DNA of 64,000 bases from Orbicella franksi (lineage: Eukaryota). Position numbers and translations under genes: made by a program. Within the stretch, counting starts at the first letter, position 1; each line of letters begins with the position of its first letter. The notes under the pieces were generated by a model that saw only the letters and a program-made list of their open reading frames with translations, had not been told where the DNA came from and searched no databases. This document shows, piece by piece, positions 47,020 through 58,763 of this stretch. The stretch lies in assembly GCA_964199315.1 (NCBI GenBank), contig OZ116707.1:8742001-8806000 (forward strand), given 5' to 3'.

Positions 47020-49990
47020 ATGCCTCCTAGAAAGTGTGCAGGACAGCCATCAAGGATAGGCCACCAAACACGTTCTAAGTGAGTGCGAACATCAGAGCTG
47101 ACAGCAGCGGACCCACCTGTATCTCAACCAGCTATTACCAATCCCAGTTTGGTCTCCTTGGACGTAAGCGTTCTCTCCACAACCATATCAACAGCCATCT
47201 CAGAAGCGGTGAAAACAGCCTTGTCTAAGGACCATCTAACTGAGATCATGAGACAAAACACCGTTGAAGACGGCACGTCAATTGAAGCCACATTAGCAGG
47301 GCAGTCTCAAGCCGACCTTTCATCAGATAGCGTGACCACAGCTGTGAGCAACCATGTCAGTAACCTCACTGGTGCAGGTACAAGAGAGGATTCTTTGCTT
47401 TTGGGTCCCGACAATGTTCAACCTAAACAAATTTTTATCAGCATCTCTGCAAATCTTAGTTCCCAGGTGGGTTCGAAAATTAAAGCTAAAATCTGGGCTA
47501 ACAAATATGTAGAATTTGGGGCCTTATTAGCATCCAACCCTCAAATCGATAAGTATGCGTTATCTATCACACCCTCCACTGGGTCATCAAAGCAACCGCG
47601 GCTGACTCTTGAGTCATATCACACACCTAAGAGGGTGTCCAACATACAACAGAGGATTTCAGCATTTAGCATTTGTGAACGTGAATGGGAAAACGTACCT
47701 TAATGTTTATCCGTTAAACGGTCGCTAATGGACGGATAGCTAACGGATAGTTAACGGCCTTTACAGCATTCTAACGTTTTGTCCTAGCGTTCGAACAGTT
47801 ATCTAATTGTGCCTAACAGATGATCAAAGCATTCTAACGCTCTCTCCTAATGTTCTAACGGCTAACTAAGTATACCTAACGGATGAAGAACACGTTCTAA
47901 TGGTTGCACAATTTGTTCTAGCGGATGACTGAAGCCGCTTAATGGTTGTCTAACAGTCTACAACTAAGGACGTTTAACAGTTGTCTAACGGTTTACATCT
48001 AAGAGCTTTTAACGAACGAACAGTGTGGCTTTCAGTCCATTGTTATAAACACATAATCGTGCCAATCCGTGATCAGTCTTACACTCACGATTTCTAAAAA
48101 AACGAAACACAAAGTGCCGATTTCATCAGTCATCGATAAGACACATTAAAAAAATTATTTCCACGGGGAGCATTGAAAGCAAAACTCAGTAATATAAACT
48201 ATCACTTCCTCATCAAGACAGACAAACTGAGAATTTGAGTCCTTTATTATTGTGTGGGACGCGAAACGTCGCTAAACCCACATGTAAACAATTTTAAAAC
48301 TCGCCAGTCGAGCCAGGTGAACATATTTTATTGTTTTACTCAAATGGATTTGTCGCTTGTACTTATTTTTACACAGTGCTTTTGTATAGAATTTTTTAAA
48401 AGTAACTGTTTTATCTAGCGGTGGATTTGTGAAAGATTACGCTTTCTTGACAGAGCATGTGAAAAGCGGTACCTTTCAAAGTCTGAAGCTAGTCTTGAAG
48501 CGACAGGCTTTTTGTTGACTTTGGTTTCATCAGATAAAGTTGTTTTTGTCACATACATGTTGTTAAATTGGTTTCATCTGATTCAGAATCAGACAACAGT
48601 CTATCAAAATATTTATCAAGCTTTCCGCCAGAATATGGCTCTTTCTCACATCTTGGTAGATGTAAACAACTTTATGCAAATTTTTGAACCCACACTTTGT
48701 GAATTGACACACGAGCACAAGTTCTTGACAAGTGATCAGTGTTTACTTCACAGAAAATCTTTATTCATCGCATGGCCATTTTGGTTGAGTTTTCTCCGTG
48801 TTTGTTTCGTCCATTTATGGCATTTGTAAGGTATTTTTAAACTTTCATTTGCTCATGAATTACGGTAAAAAATTACAAGCTCTCAAAACAACTGGAATTT
48901 GCGGAATAAATAAAACAGTTCATATAATGACGAGCGTTGTTATGATTTTACATGTTGTTTCTGTTCTCGAAAGTGGCAAATGTGTTTTGTTTTGGATCGT
49001 GTATAATAATTATAGTATGAAGGCTTTATTGAACTTCGTTCAAGTTGTATTTATCAATCATCAAAAACTAATAATTGCAAAACTCCTCGTCGAGAGATAG
49101 CTACCTCTCATGATTGTTTTGAACTAAATGGAAGCCAAGAGCTGGTCTCGTTTCAGAGTACGTACCGCTTTCTACTTCAACGTGTGTCATGCCATTCTGA
49201 TGGAATCGTTACCTGTTTAATGTGTGCTAGTTCATTCTAACAGATCCTTACGACTTCTCTAGCCGTGCTAACGGATACAGAGTTTTTGCTAACGGTTATG
49301 CTGCCCCGTCTAACAGTCTAATGTTAACGGCTAACGGATACACGTCTCTTGCTAACGGTTGCACTCTCCGTTCTAACGGCCTGATGCTAACATCTAACAG
49401 TTCGGCTAACGCCTGTAACATTTTTAAGAGAACTTGCTAACAGATGACTAACGGATGCTTAACGCTTTTGCCCATCTAACAGATAAGCGTTAAGGTACAT
49501 TTTCCCGTGCACGGTCACATTTTTGTCTCAATTAATACTGAGCAATACCAGAGTGAAACCCCACAGTTGATGAAGTATTGCGAGGTAGACCATGACATGG
49601 CTTTATTGCCAGGGGATTGGCTCTGGTATGACTAACAATTTCATTATCTGAGGCAATCTGCACCTGATAAATATCCAAGGGATCAAATACATTGGGAACT
49701 TTGGTTAAGGGCCTCAGCTAATTTTTGGAGATCACAGCTGATCACCAGTAAGCCCCAAGCGTCAACATGCCAGCGTTTTCATCCGAATTTTTCCCCCCCG
49801 AGAAACATGTTGGGCATTTCATGCCAGAAAACACTGCCAAGGGTGTCAGTTCGAACACGTTTGCTATAAATGTGAAGAAACGCACCCAGCAATTCAGTGT
49901 TCTGTACCAACCCCTCAACAGCGATCTGGTGGAGTTAAACCAAAAGGAAACTCTACTCAAGTATCAGGCCCTTCACACTCTGCCAGTAAC
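47020..49990 (+). pseudogene. Ngaro gag-like ORF, interrupted by the Sola-like element
   Basis: MPPRK start; KIKAKIWANKYVEFGALL; after the insertion IFVSINTEQYQSETPQLMKYCE...GDWLWYD*QF...IHWELWLRA. Confidence 0.75.
47675..49518. mobile_element. Non-autonomous TIR DNA transposon, Sola-like
   Basis: ~40-bp imperfect TIR GTGA(A/C)CGTG(A/C)A(T/C)GGGAAAA.GTACCTTAA; ATTT duplicated at 47671-74 and 49519-22 (removal restores the gag frame); many CTAACGG subterminal repeats; decayed Cys-containing minus-strand ORF. Confidence 0.6.
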
Positions 49991-51550
49991 CCCCGTAAGG
50001 GTGGAATGGCTTGAATGCCTCTTACACTGTTATTAGCAAAACAAAAAGCAATTCCTTGTCGATGGTTTCCATTGTGGCTTTCGTGTTAATTTTGTAGGTG
50101 ATCGGCTTCCTTTTGAATCTCCTAATCTTAAGAGTGTCCTAGACCAACCGGAAATTGCTACAACGAAATTGCGCGAGCAATACGACGCAGGCCAAATAGT
50201 GGGTCCTTGAAGAACTCCCCCTTTTGCAAGCTTTCATACCTCTCCTTTGGGCGTTGTACCCAAGAAAGACCCGTCTGAATTTCGTTTGATTCATCATTTA
50301 TCCTATCCGAAAGGAAATTCTGTTAATGATGCTATTCCTGACTATTGTTCCCCTGTCAAATACACATCTGTTAGTGATGTGACCACAGCCATTAAAGCTA
50401 CTGGGGAGGGTTGTTTTCTAGCTAAAATGGACATTAAATCGGCTTTTCATATTACACCAATTCATCCTGCAGACTATTCCTTGCTAGGTATGAAGTTCGA
50501 TAATTTGTATTACTTTGATCAATGCCTACCCATAGGGCTTTCTTCTTCATGCAACATTTTTTAAGCTTTTAGTACCGCATTGGAATGGTTGGCTATTCAT
50601 CGTCTGGGTGCCTCATCTGTTTTGCACATATTAGACAATTTTTTTGTTTATTGCAAAGACCAAAGACCGGTGCGAGGCCGACTTGGGCAACTTTATTTCT
50701 CTATGCCATCATCTCGGAGTACCCCTAGCTCTGGAAAAAACCATTGGCCCTGATACAGTATTGCAATTTGCAGGTATTACTCTCAATTTGGTGAGAAGAG
50801 AAGCACGACTACCAGACGAAAAGCTTCAAAAATGCCACATGCTCTTGCACAATTTTTATAAATGTCGCACAGTCAAGCTAAAAGAACTTCAGTCTTTAAT
50901 AGGCTTACTAAATTTTACTTGTCAAGTTATTGTCCCGGGCCGTGCTTTTCTTTGCTGCCTGATTGATCTTACCAAGGGCATAAGACAGCCACACCATCAT
51001 ATCCATTTAGGTAAAGGCTTGAAACAGGATCTCCTTTCGTGGATTCGGTTTTTAGAGGAGTTTAATGGCAAATCATTTTTTCTCGACAATACATGGAAAA
51101 CGTTGCATACCCTTGAACTTTATACTGATGGAGCAGGCTCAATAGGCTTTGGGGCTGCCTTTGGTAAGCACTGGTTCAGCGGCAAATGGCTGGTTTCATG
51201 GAAAACTTATAACATTGCAGTTTAAGAGTTATTTCCTATTGTCCTCGCGATGTATATTTGGGGACATTTAATGGCTGATAAGTGTGTAATATTCTTTACC
51301 AATAATGCTGCCGTTGTTGACATTATCAACAAGCAGACGTCCAAACATCAGAGTATTATGGTGTTGATCAGGGATTTAGTGTCAAGTTGCCCCAGACACA
51401 ATGTATTACTTCACGTGAAACACATTCCTGATTTTACAATACTTGAGCCGATTACATTTCACGTTTTCAGGTAGCAAAGTTCAAGGAACTCTCACCGGAT
51501 GTAGACAAGAATCCAACCACAGTACCTGACAACCTACTACCCAAGAGTTG
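49990..51550 (+). pseudogene. Ngaro reverse transcriptase + RNase H
   Basis: SPLGVVPKK, FRLIHHLSYP, LAKMDIKSAF, CLPIGLSSSC, LHILDNF, LYTDGA...GFG, FFTNNAAVV. Confidence 0.9.
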
Positions 51551-52490
51551 GTCTCTAACCTGAGTGGCTTGTTGAGCTCAGCACTAACTGAAGGAACCCG
51601 CAGATCATATCAACGCACGTGGGTCATCTTTCGACAATTTTATGCTCAATTTTACTGTCCTCTAACCCCACGTTGCCATTATCCCCTGTCTGTCTTCCCC
51701 TTTATATTTCATATCTTTCCTTTTGCAAATTGGCTTTTTCTACGATAACTTTACATCTTTCTACCATTTCTTATGGTCACAAACTCGGAGGATTTTGTGA
51801 CCTAATCAAATCATTTTCAATACAGAAATTACTAACAGCATTAAGTCGTCAAAGACATTTAGCTATTTGTTTGCCCATTACAAAACCAGTGTTGGATGAG
51901 TTCGTGTGGTCCCTCGAATACACTCTTCAGCTTTCCAACGCACTCTACTTTCCACCATGTTTCTTACTACTTTTTAAGGACTTTTGCGAATTGGTGAGCT
52001 TTCAACCAAGAGCACTCGCTTTGCATGTTCAGTTGTCCAATATCGTGATCTGCAAAATTTATCGCGTGAAGGCGACCCATGCATGGCTAAGATCACTATC
52101 ACTGATTATTAACACAATTCTGACCACCGGCCATTTGATATCCTAATCAGTCGGGATGATTCTGTCCCCTTTTGGCCGGTTAAAACCCTTCTTAATTACT
52201 GCAAGTTTCGAAGTAATAGACCTGGCCCTCTTTTGCGTAATTCTGATCAGTCACCTATTACTGTGTATCAACTTAATACCAAGCTCCAGCATTGCCTCCA
52301 ATATTGCGGCTTAGACATAAGTCGATACAAAAACCACAGTTTTCGAATCGGGGGGGGGGGGGGGGGCAGCGTGTTACGCTGCCGACCAAAGTTTTTCTGA
52401 TGCGCAAATTCGAGCTCTTGGTCGATGGAAATCCAACGCCTTTAAGGTTTACCTTAGATCAGAAAGTATCAATGCGAATTGGTTTTAATT
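51548..52490 (+). pseudogene. Tyrosine recombinase of the Ngaro element
   Basis: ALTEGTRRSYQRTW, LPITKPVL, YKNHSFRIG, QIRALGRWKSNAFKVYLR; frameshifted. Confidence 0.88.
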
Positions 52491-52533
52491 GAAAGTCCTT
52501 CTTGTCCTGTATTTAGTAAGTCCTGACAGCTTC

Positions 52534-52969
52534 GTAGGTCAGACAAGGGCTGCTATGTTGCTGTCCTTCATTGTATGGCTGCTAGGGTAGGTCAGTCAGG
52601 GGTTGCTACTTTACGGCCTATTTTGATTTCCAGTATACAGCCTCTTCTAACGGTATATCGATATTTATGAGGGCGCTATAATATTACTTTTACCATTAGC
52701 AATATTCAGAACTGGGAGTTTACTGCAGTTGGTCAGACAGGAGCTGTGACTTCACTCTCATTCTTTTATCCTTATATCACCTGTTAAATTTATATGTTTT
52801 CTTTGTCCAAGCCATCGTCTTTTGGTAAAGTTAGTCAGACAGGGGTTGCGGCTTTACTAGCTCCCCTAGGTCTTTAAGTAATCTAACTTCTATGATTTAT
52901 TCTTCCACAGAATAATTAGTGGAACGTGCTCTTTAAGTTTTCATTGAAGCCAGTCAGGCAAGGGCTGCG
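52534..52969 (+). repeat. Five dispersed copies of a ~20-bp motif with unique spacers
   Basis: GTAGGTCAGACAAGGGCTGC-like copies at 52534, 52587, 52728, 52830 and 52949. Confidence 0.75.
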
Positions 52970-53787
52970 TTTTCACGCTTGCCTGTTAAGACTAAACAGG
53001 CCTACTGCTAGCAATCTCTTTATATTATTAGGCACAACATAAAGAGTAAGTCTCGTGTTATTTGACTTATCCCGTCACGCTAACTCTGCTTTTGTCTTGG
53101 TGGGGCTGCCACAACCGGTGACATGTGGCGTCTTTTTTGCCCCACCTTTGCTGAACAATGGAAATCCTGTAGATGTGTTGCTACAATTTAAGTGTCCTGG
53201 ATCAAATTAAACACGCCATATTTGTGGCCAAATTCGTCCAATCCATGTGTCTAGTTTTATTGCACATTCTTAAGCAAACTAGTACAACTTCAAGCAGAGT
53301 TAGTATTCCGTAGAGTCATGCATCGATATAAAACCAAACATTATGTTCACACATAATGCTATTTATGTCGAGCCATGATGGTCATGCAATGGTCTGTAGG
53401 TCTGGTTTGTGTAAAGTATCACCCCAGGGGAGAGAGGAGACATTCCCTCAAGGATAAAAGATATTTCTCTTGAGCAATTTGGCGCTCTTCCCTTGGCCCT
53501 TGTACCCTCAGTATCTCGCAAGGAAAATTTATCCCGTCCCCCCCATCCCCTGTTACCAGACATCAGATTGTTCGATTATATTTAGTAATGTGGGTGCGTC
53601 TTTTTCACCCCACCTTTGCTGAACAATGGAAATCCTGTAAATGTGTTGTTACAATTTAAGTGTCCCAGATCAAGTTAAACACGCAACATTTGTGGCCAAA
53701 TTCATCCAATTCATGTGTTTAGTTTTCTTGCGCATTCTTCAGCAAACTAGTGTGACTTTAAGCAGAGTTATGCATTGATATAAATTC

Positions 53788-55546
53788 AGACGCAATAACT
53801 ATGGATGAAATACGAGAAGCAATTAGACAATTGAGGAATAATAAGGCCCCTGGCTATGATGACATACCAGCAGAGCTACTAAAGGCAGATATTGAAACAG
53901 CTTCTGAGGTGCTCTTTGTCTTGTTCAAGCACATATGGCAGGAGGTGCAGATCCCAGATGACTGGCACAAAGGTTTTTTCATGATAATCCCAAGAAGGGT
54001 GACACCACTGAATGTACTAACTGGAGGGGAATCACTCTTGTATCAGTGGTGGCTAAAGTGTTTACCAGAATTATTCTGACAAGAATTCACAGGCAGTAGA
54101 CAATCAGCTGAGAAAGGAACAAGCAAGCTTCCGTAAGGGAAGGTCATGCACAAGAACAGATTTCCACCCTAAGGAATATAATAGAACAATGCATGAAATG
54201 GCAAGCACCCCTAAATTTGAATTTCATTGCCTACGAGAAGGCTTTGGATAGCTTGCAGCGTACTATCCTATGGAAAGTCCTAAAGCTTTATGGCATCCCA
54301 CAGAAGATCATCTGGATGATTCAAGCTTTATACAGAAACTTTACCTGCAGCATTCTCCATGAGGGAAATTTAACGCCATGGTTTGGGGTCGAAACAGGGG
54401 TAAAACTAGGATGCATGTTGTCACTTTTACTGTTTCTGATTCCCCTAGATTGGGTTTTGAAGGAAACAACAAGTCACCAACATACTGGGATTAGATGGTA
54501 GCTGACATCCGTATTAGAAGACCTGGATTACGCTGACGACCTCTGCCTGCTCTCCAGCTCTGGAGAGCATTTAAGGTCGGGTTAAACATCAACAGCAAAA
54601 AGACTAAATGGATGAGCACTGGGTGCAAGCGTAATTGCCAAATCAAAATAAACGGACAGGAGATAGAGAAAATAGATAGGTTCTCTTACCTTGGTAGTGT
54701 GATTGATGTACAGGGAGGTGCAGATGCAGATGCAAAAGCACGAATTGGCAAAGCGAGATAAGCATTCACTTCATTGAAGCCTACATGGAGCTCTAAAAAG
54801 ATCTCTCTCAAGATGAAATTAAAGCTTTACAACTCAAATGTTGAGACAGTGCTTCTCTATGGCTCGGAAACCTGGAAATCAGGACTCTGGAGTCACCTGA
54901 CGACCGATGAAAGAAACTGTCAGTCTCTTAATACATTTAAGAAAACAATTTGGAAACACGACTTCAGTAACTTTTTAAACAATGAAAGATGCAATTGCTG
55001 CCTTTGTGAATTTTAATAATAATCATGTATATAGCTTTTTTATCACAGAAATTTTTCTTATTATTGTAATAGTTGTAATTATTTTAGGTAGGTGTCCACA
55101 ATTAGTAGAGGGGACGCTTCCCCTCAGCTAAACATTTTAGACACGGTAATAAAGTTTATTATTATTAAAACAACTCAGGAAATGGTTAGAAAGCTGAGGG
55201 TTTTTTCCCATAAATGCCTTCGCATTATATTGGGCATAACATGGCCACAGAAAGTGACAAACTTGGAAGTGGGCAAGATTTGTAACCAAGAAGACATCAT
55301 GGTGAGCTTAACCAGGAGGAAATGGACTTAGATTGGACACATACTGAAGACCCCAGCGACATTCCTTAAGTAGGTCTATTCTGGACACCATAAGGGAAAA
55401 GACAACGTGGAAGGTCTAGAACAACCTGGAGGAGGTCAACGGAAAAAGAACTCGAGACCATACACTTCGCGCTGGGGAGAGACTATGAAGGTCTTATGTG
55501 TCCGATGGCGCTATGAGGACTGATGATGATGATGATGATGATGAAT
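53788..55546 (+). mobile_element. RTE-clade LINE, 3' part (RT + tail)
   Basis: EIREAIRQLRNNKAPGYDDIPAELLK, GVKLGCMLS, LDYADDL, FSYLGSVI, LLYGSETW; ends in (GAT)8. Confidence 0.9.
54878..55168 (+). mobile_element. CR1/L2 3' fragment nested in the RTE
   Basis: LWSHLTTDERNCQSLNTFKK...CNCCLC, AATAAAG(TAT)n tail; removal restores ETWKTTQEMVRKLRVF. Confidence 0.75.
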
Positions 55547-56669
55547 AAAGTCATTGTTGTACACTTATTACTGGGACACTGACAGACCCATTTTCACTTT
55601 CAGTGTAAGGGACCTCACCTATTTCTCCACTGTAGGTTGCAGGAGCTACAGCTAGGGCCAGGCAGAACGCAGCAATTCAGAGCTACCAGCAGGTACGTGA
55701 GGAAACAGTCAGACAACGTCCAAGAGCGACTGTACATGCCTTGGTGAAGCAGTGGCTCGTCCTTCCCAGGGGGATGCAGATCAAAATTGTCCATACTGTT
55801 TATGTGACGAACATGGCAGAGAGGTAGATCAAGTGTCAGAGAGATGTAAAATGAACAATGCACTGTTTGGGTGTTGATGAACAAATTAGACATGCAGGCC
55901 TGCATGACAAAGAGAGTAGAGGACTTTTTTTACATTTAAATATTTTATGTGACTCAATTGATAGTACCACTGTTATATTTGTAAATTACTGTACTTTAGA
56001 TAATTTAAGATTGTAAAATGTACTCGTTAATTCAGTTGTTTTACTGCAAGAGAGTTTTAATAAACTACTTTACTTTACTAGACAGACCAACACTCACTGC
56101 ACTTGGCCTAAAACGTAACAAACACTTAACTGCCTTACTGGAACTTGCTCCATCAATTGCACATTGCTTGAACTCTGATGAATTGCCTAACGAAAGAAGG
56201 GCACAATTTGTCAATGCATTTTGTGAGCTCCTCAACTGTTCCAAGACTAAAGTTCAATTTGTGTTCCATGCAGGTTTCCTTTGCGTGGTTTGTCCGAAAT
56301 TGAAACACTTGCAACTTGAGAGGGGGTGGGGAGATGTTTGGGCCAATTTGTCCAAGATCGGCTCAGCTATTGGTTACCACATCAGTCACCAGAGCCAACT
56401 CGCAGCCCTCATCTTCCTCATTTGAAGATGTGTTGGTGGTGTCGGCAACAAATGGCTATGGTATTTGCAGCCTGAAGACAGAAGAGGAGCAGAGAAGTCT
56501 TCGGGAAGACTTCGCCAGCTGTTATGATGAGACTGGTTAGGCACTTGGCTGTCTGAAAGACATTAATTTTGCAGATCAATTTTTGTTTCTGGGCAACCGA
56601 CCATGATAAAATATGATCGAGTACGAAAAACAATTCGTGCACGATACAATTACATCCACCACGATGATT

Positions 56670-56810
56670 TTTACATCGAGGTCGATTACTTTTAATCGAG
56701 GTGGATTACTTTTAATCGACTTGTTATGGAGGTGGATTACTTTTATCGAGGTGGAGTACTTTTTATCGAGTTGGATTTTCATCGAGGTGGATTGTTATGG
56801 AGTTCGATAA
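56670..56810. repeat. Degenerate ~21-bp minisatellite
   Basis: ATCGAGGTGGATTACTTTT variants, about 6 copies. Confidence 0.7.
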
Positions 56811-57275
56811 AAATCGTCTTGTTCAATACGTTTGATAAGACTATCGAAAAAGTCCAGCTCGATAGGAAAAAGAGACTGGTACAGAGAACGTGACATCTCA
56901 CCCGAGGTAGACTGGTAAAGAAACTATTTCTCGTTGTTTGTGAGCCCCTCGTAGAAAGAAAATGGGATCCAGAAAATGTGTAGCCGAAATAAGGAGAGGT
57001 GACGACGGGGGGAAGGGAAAATTTTGCAGTTACTGCGTGGTAATTTGTAATTTCCGCTGGACTTTGTGTATGTAACATGAATAAGGTAAGCTGTTTTTTG
57101 TTTTTTCAACTTGAAGTAAGTTTCGTTGGGAAAATTTACCAGTAAGGGTCTGGCAGCAGGTATAGATAAAATGTAAATTAATATGTGTAAGTACTTATTC
57201 GGCTCAGCTTTAAAAGTAACAGTCATGTATATTCTCCTCTTTAAATAATGTATATATTTAAAATTCTTAAAAGTA

Positions 57276-57435
57276 TGTTGTAGTTAAAAATTAAATTCAG
57301 GCAAAAATTAAATTCCTTTGTCTCATAACCCTTTTATTCATTGATTATGAATAATTAGGGTTAGAAGACAAGGGAAATTGAGAATTGAACTAGGTTAAAA
57401 TTATTTTTACCTGAATTTAATTTTTAACTACAACA
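57276..57435. mobile_element. MITE with ~30-bp TIRs and TA flanks
   Basis: TA-TGTTGTAGTTAAAAATTAAATTCAGG ... CCTGAATTTAATTTTTAACTACAACA-TA. Confidence 0.8.
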
Positions 57436-57976
57436 TATACAACTCAACAATAATGCACTTTTTACAAATCTAGATTCCTTTATTAAGGTTCAATATTATC
57501 AACCTTATTGTGCCTTTTAGTATCAACTATAGATTGCGGTTTACTCTGACGACACTCATGCATACATATGATGGCAATCAATAAACCTTGAAAACAAAAA
57601 CTAAGAAAAGGGATCACAATCTTCCAAATGGAGAGGCGTAAAATGGTTTTTACGTTTGCCTTCCTTTCATGAGGTCTGCCAAGATGTTTGAGGGCAGCAA
57701 AAAAAGTAATCAAGTTATTACAATTCTACCAAATATATGCAACTAAATGCAACACGTTTCTTGGGAACAACATTTTTGGCTACCTTAAACGCTGCCTCCT
57801 TTTTTATGTTAAGTTTGCAAAACTCTCAATTGTTTTGATGCAGCATGATTGTAGGATACATTACTTTGCATGTATTCACGGCAGGATAATAGGACATCCC
57901 ACCTTGGAATTTACAATTATATTTTCTGTTAAAATGATACATACATTTGATCAATATTCTATGTCTATATGGCTAA

Positions 57977-58362
57977 AGGAGCTATGTCACAGGGATTTCA
58001 CAGATTTCTTTGGCTAAACTGTTCTGAAATTATAGTGGTAGGTAACTTAACCCATGAAAAATATTATCTTTGAACATATAAAGGAAGTTAAGACATGACC
58101 ATAATTTGATTGAAATCAAACTAGAGTTATAAATATTGATTTTTACCACGCTCTGAAACAACCTGAAAAGTTTAGCATTAATTTTCAATTTACAATCCAT
58201 TTCCAACAAATCTATCCACAGTCACAAATATGGTTGCTGACAGGTTCAGGGCTCTATTATGGCAATTGTTAGTAACAATGGCACTTGATTTTAAGGTTTC
58301 CTATGCCACAAATTTAAATTTCTACTGTTCGAAAATCTGTTAAAATCCGCAACAAAGCTCCT
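57977..58362. mobile_element. Possible Kolobok-like MITE
   Basis: Short TIR AGGAGCT / AGCTCCT with TTAA-like flanks (CTAA, TTAC). Confidence 0.35.
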
Positions 58363-58763
58363 TTACATTTTACATTGCGTAAATTAAATTTTACGGTTGG
58401 CCTACAAGCCAAGAAGAAGGTTAGACCAATCAAAATGTAAATTGAGAACAATAGATCGGGGATGGCTATGTTGTTCTAAAACTGATCTTCGATGTTAAAG
58501 CATGTTAGGTTAGGTATCATAACTGTTTACTTGAATCATTCAAAGTCTCTTTGTATGAATGCAAAACCCACTATGTTGAAAGCCACGCAAAAGTATTGAG
58601 ACTAGGCAAGTTTTCCTAGGGGTCTGCATCTTTTTTCGATGGACTACTGTCTCTTTTATTCAATGTCATTGATTTATTTAGGCAAAAAGGCAACATCCTT
58701 TGTTCTCATTTAATGTTTTGATTGTTTCAGTTTAGAAAGGTATACTGTAGCCCAAAAAAGTGA

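Larger units (their letters stand above)
45491..53785 (+). mobile_element. Ngaro/PAT-type tyrosine-recombinase retrotransposon with split direct repeats
   Basis: A1 45491-~45643 matches A2 53373-~53526; B1 ~53123-53332 matches B2 ~53588-53784, giving A1...B1-A2-B2; contains gag, RT, RNase H and YR; no DIRS-type methyltransferase seen. Confidence 0.88.
42045..56560 (-). pseudogene. Unidentified multi-exon Cys/Trp/His-rich protein pseudogene with a 12-kb TE-filled intron
   Basis: Exon 55900-55622 (clean AG/GT) joins in phase to the exon starting ~43554: ...CSSCNLQWRNS-LPIWDCTAGCHARTVQAW*VRPCW...RRWLQPGEELPVSFFGDIQSCHW...; further exons at ~56560-56090 and ~42420-42045. Confidence 0.55.

Noticed and set aside
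52534-52969. CRISPR array
   Set aside because: Repeats are degenerate, spacer lengths are very uneven, there are no cas genes, and the context is eukaryotic.
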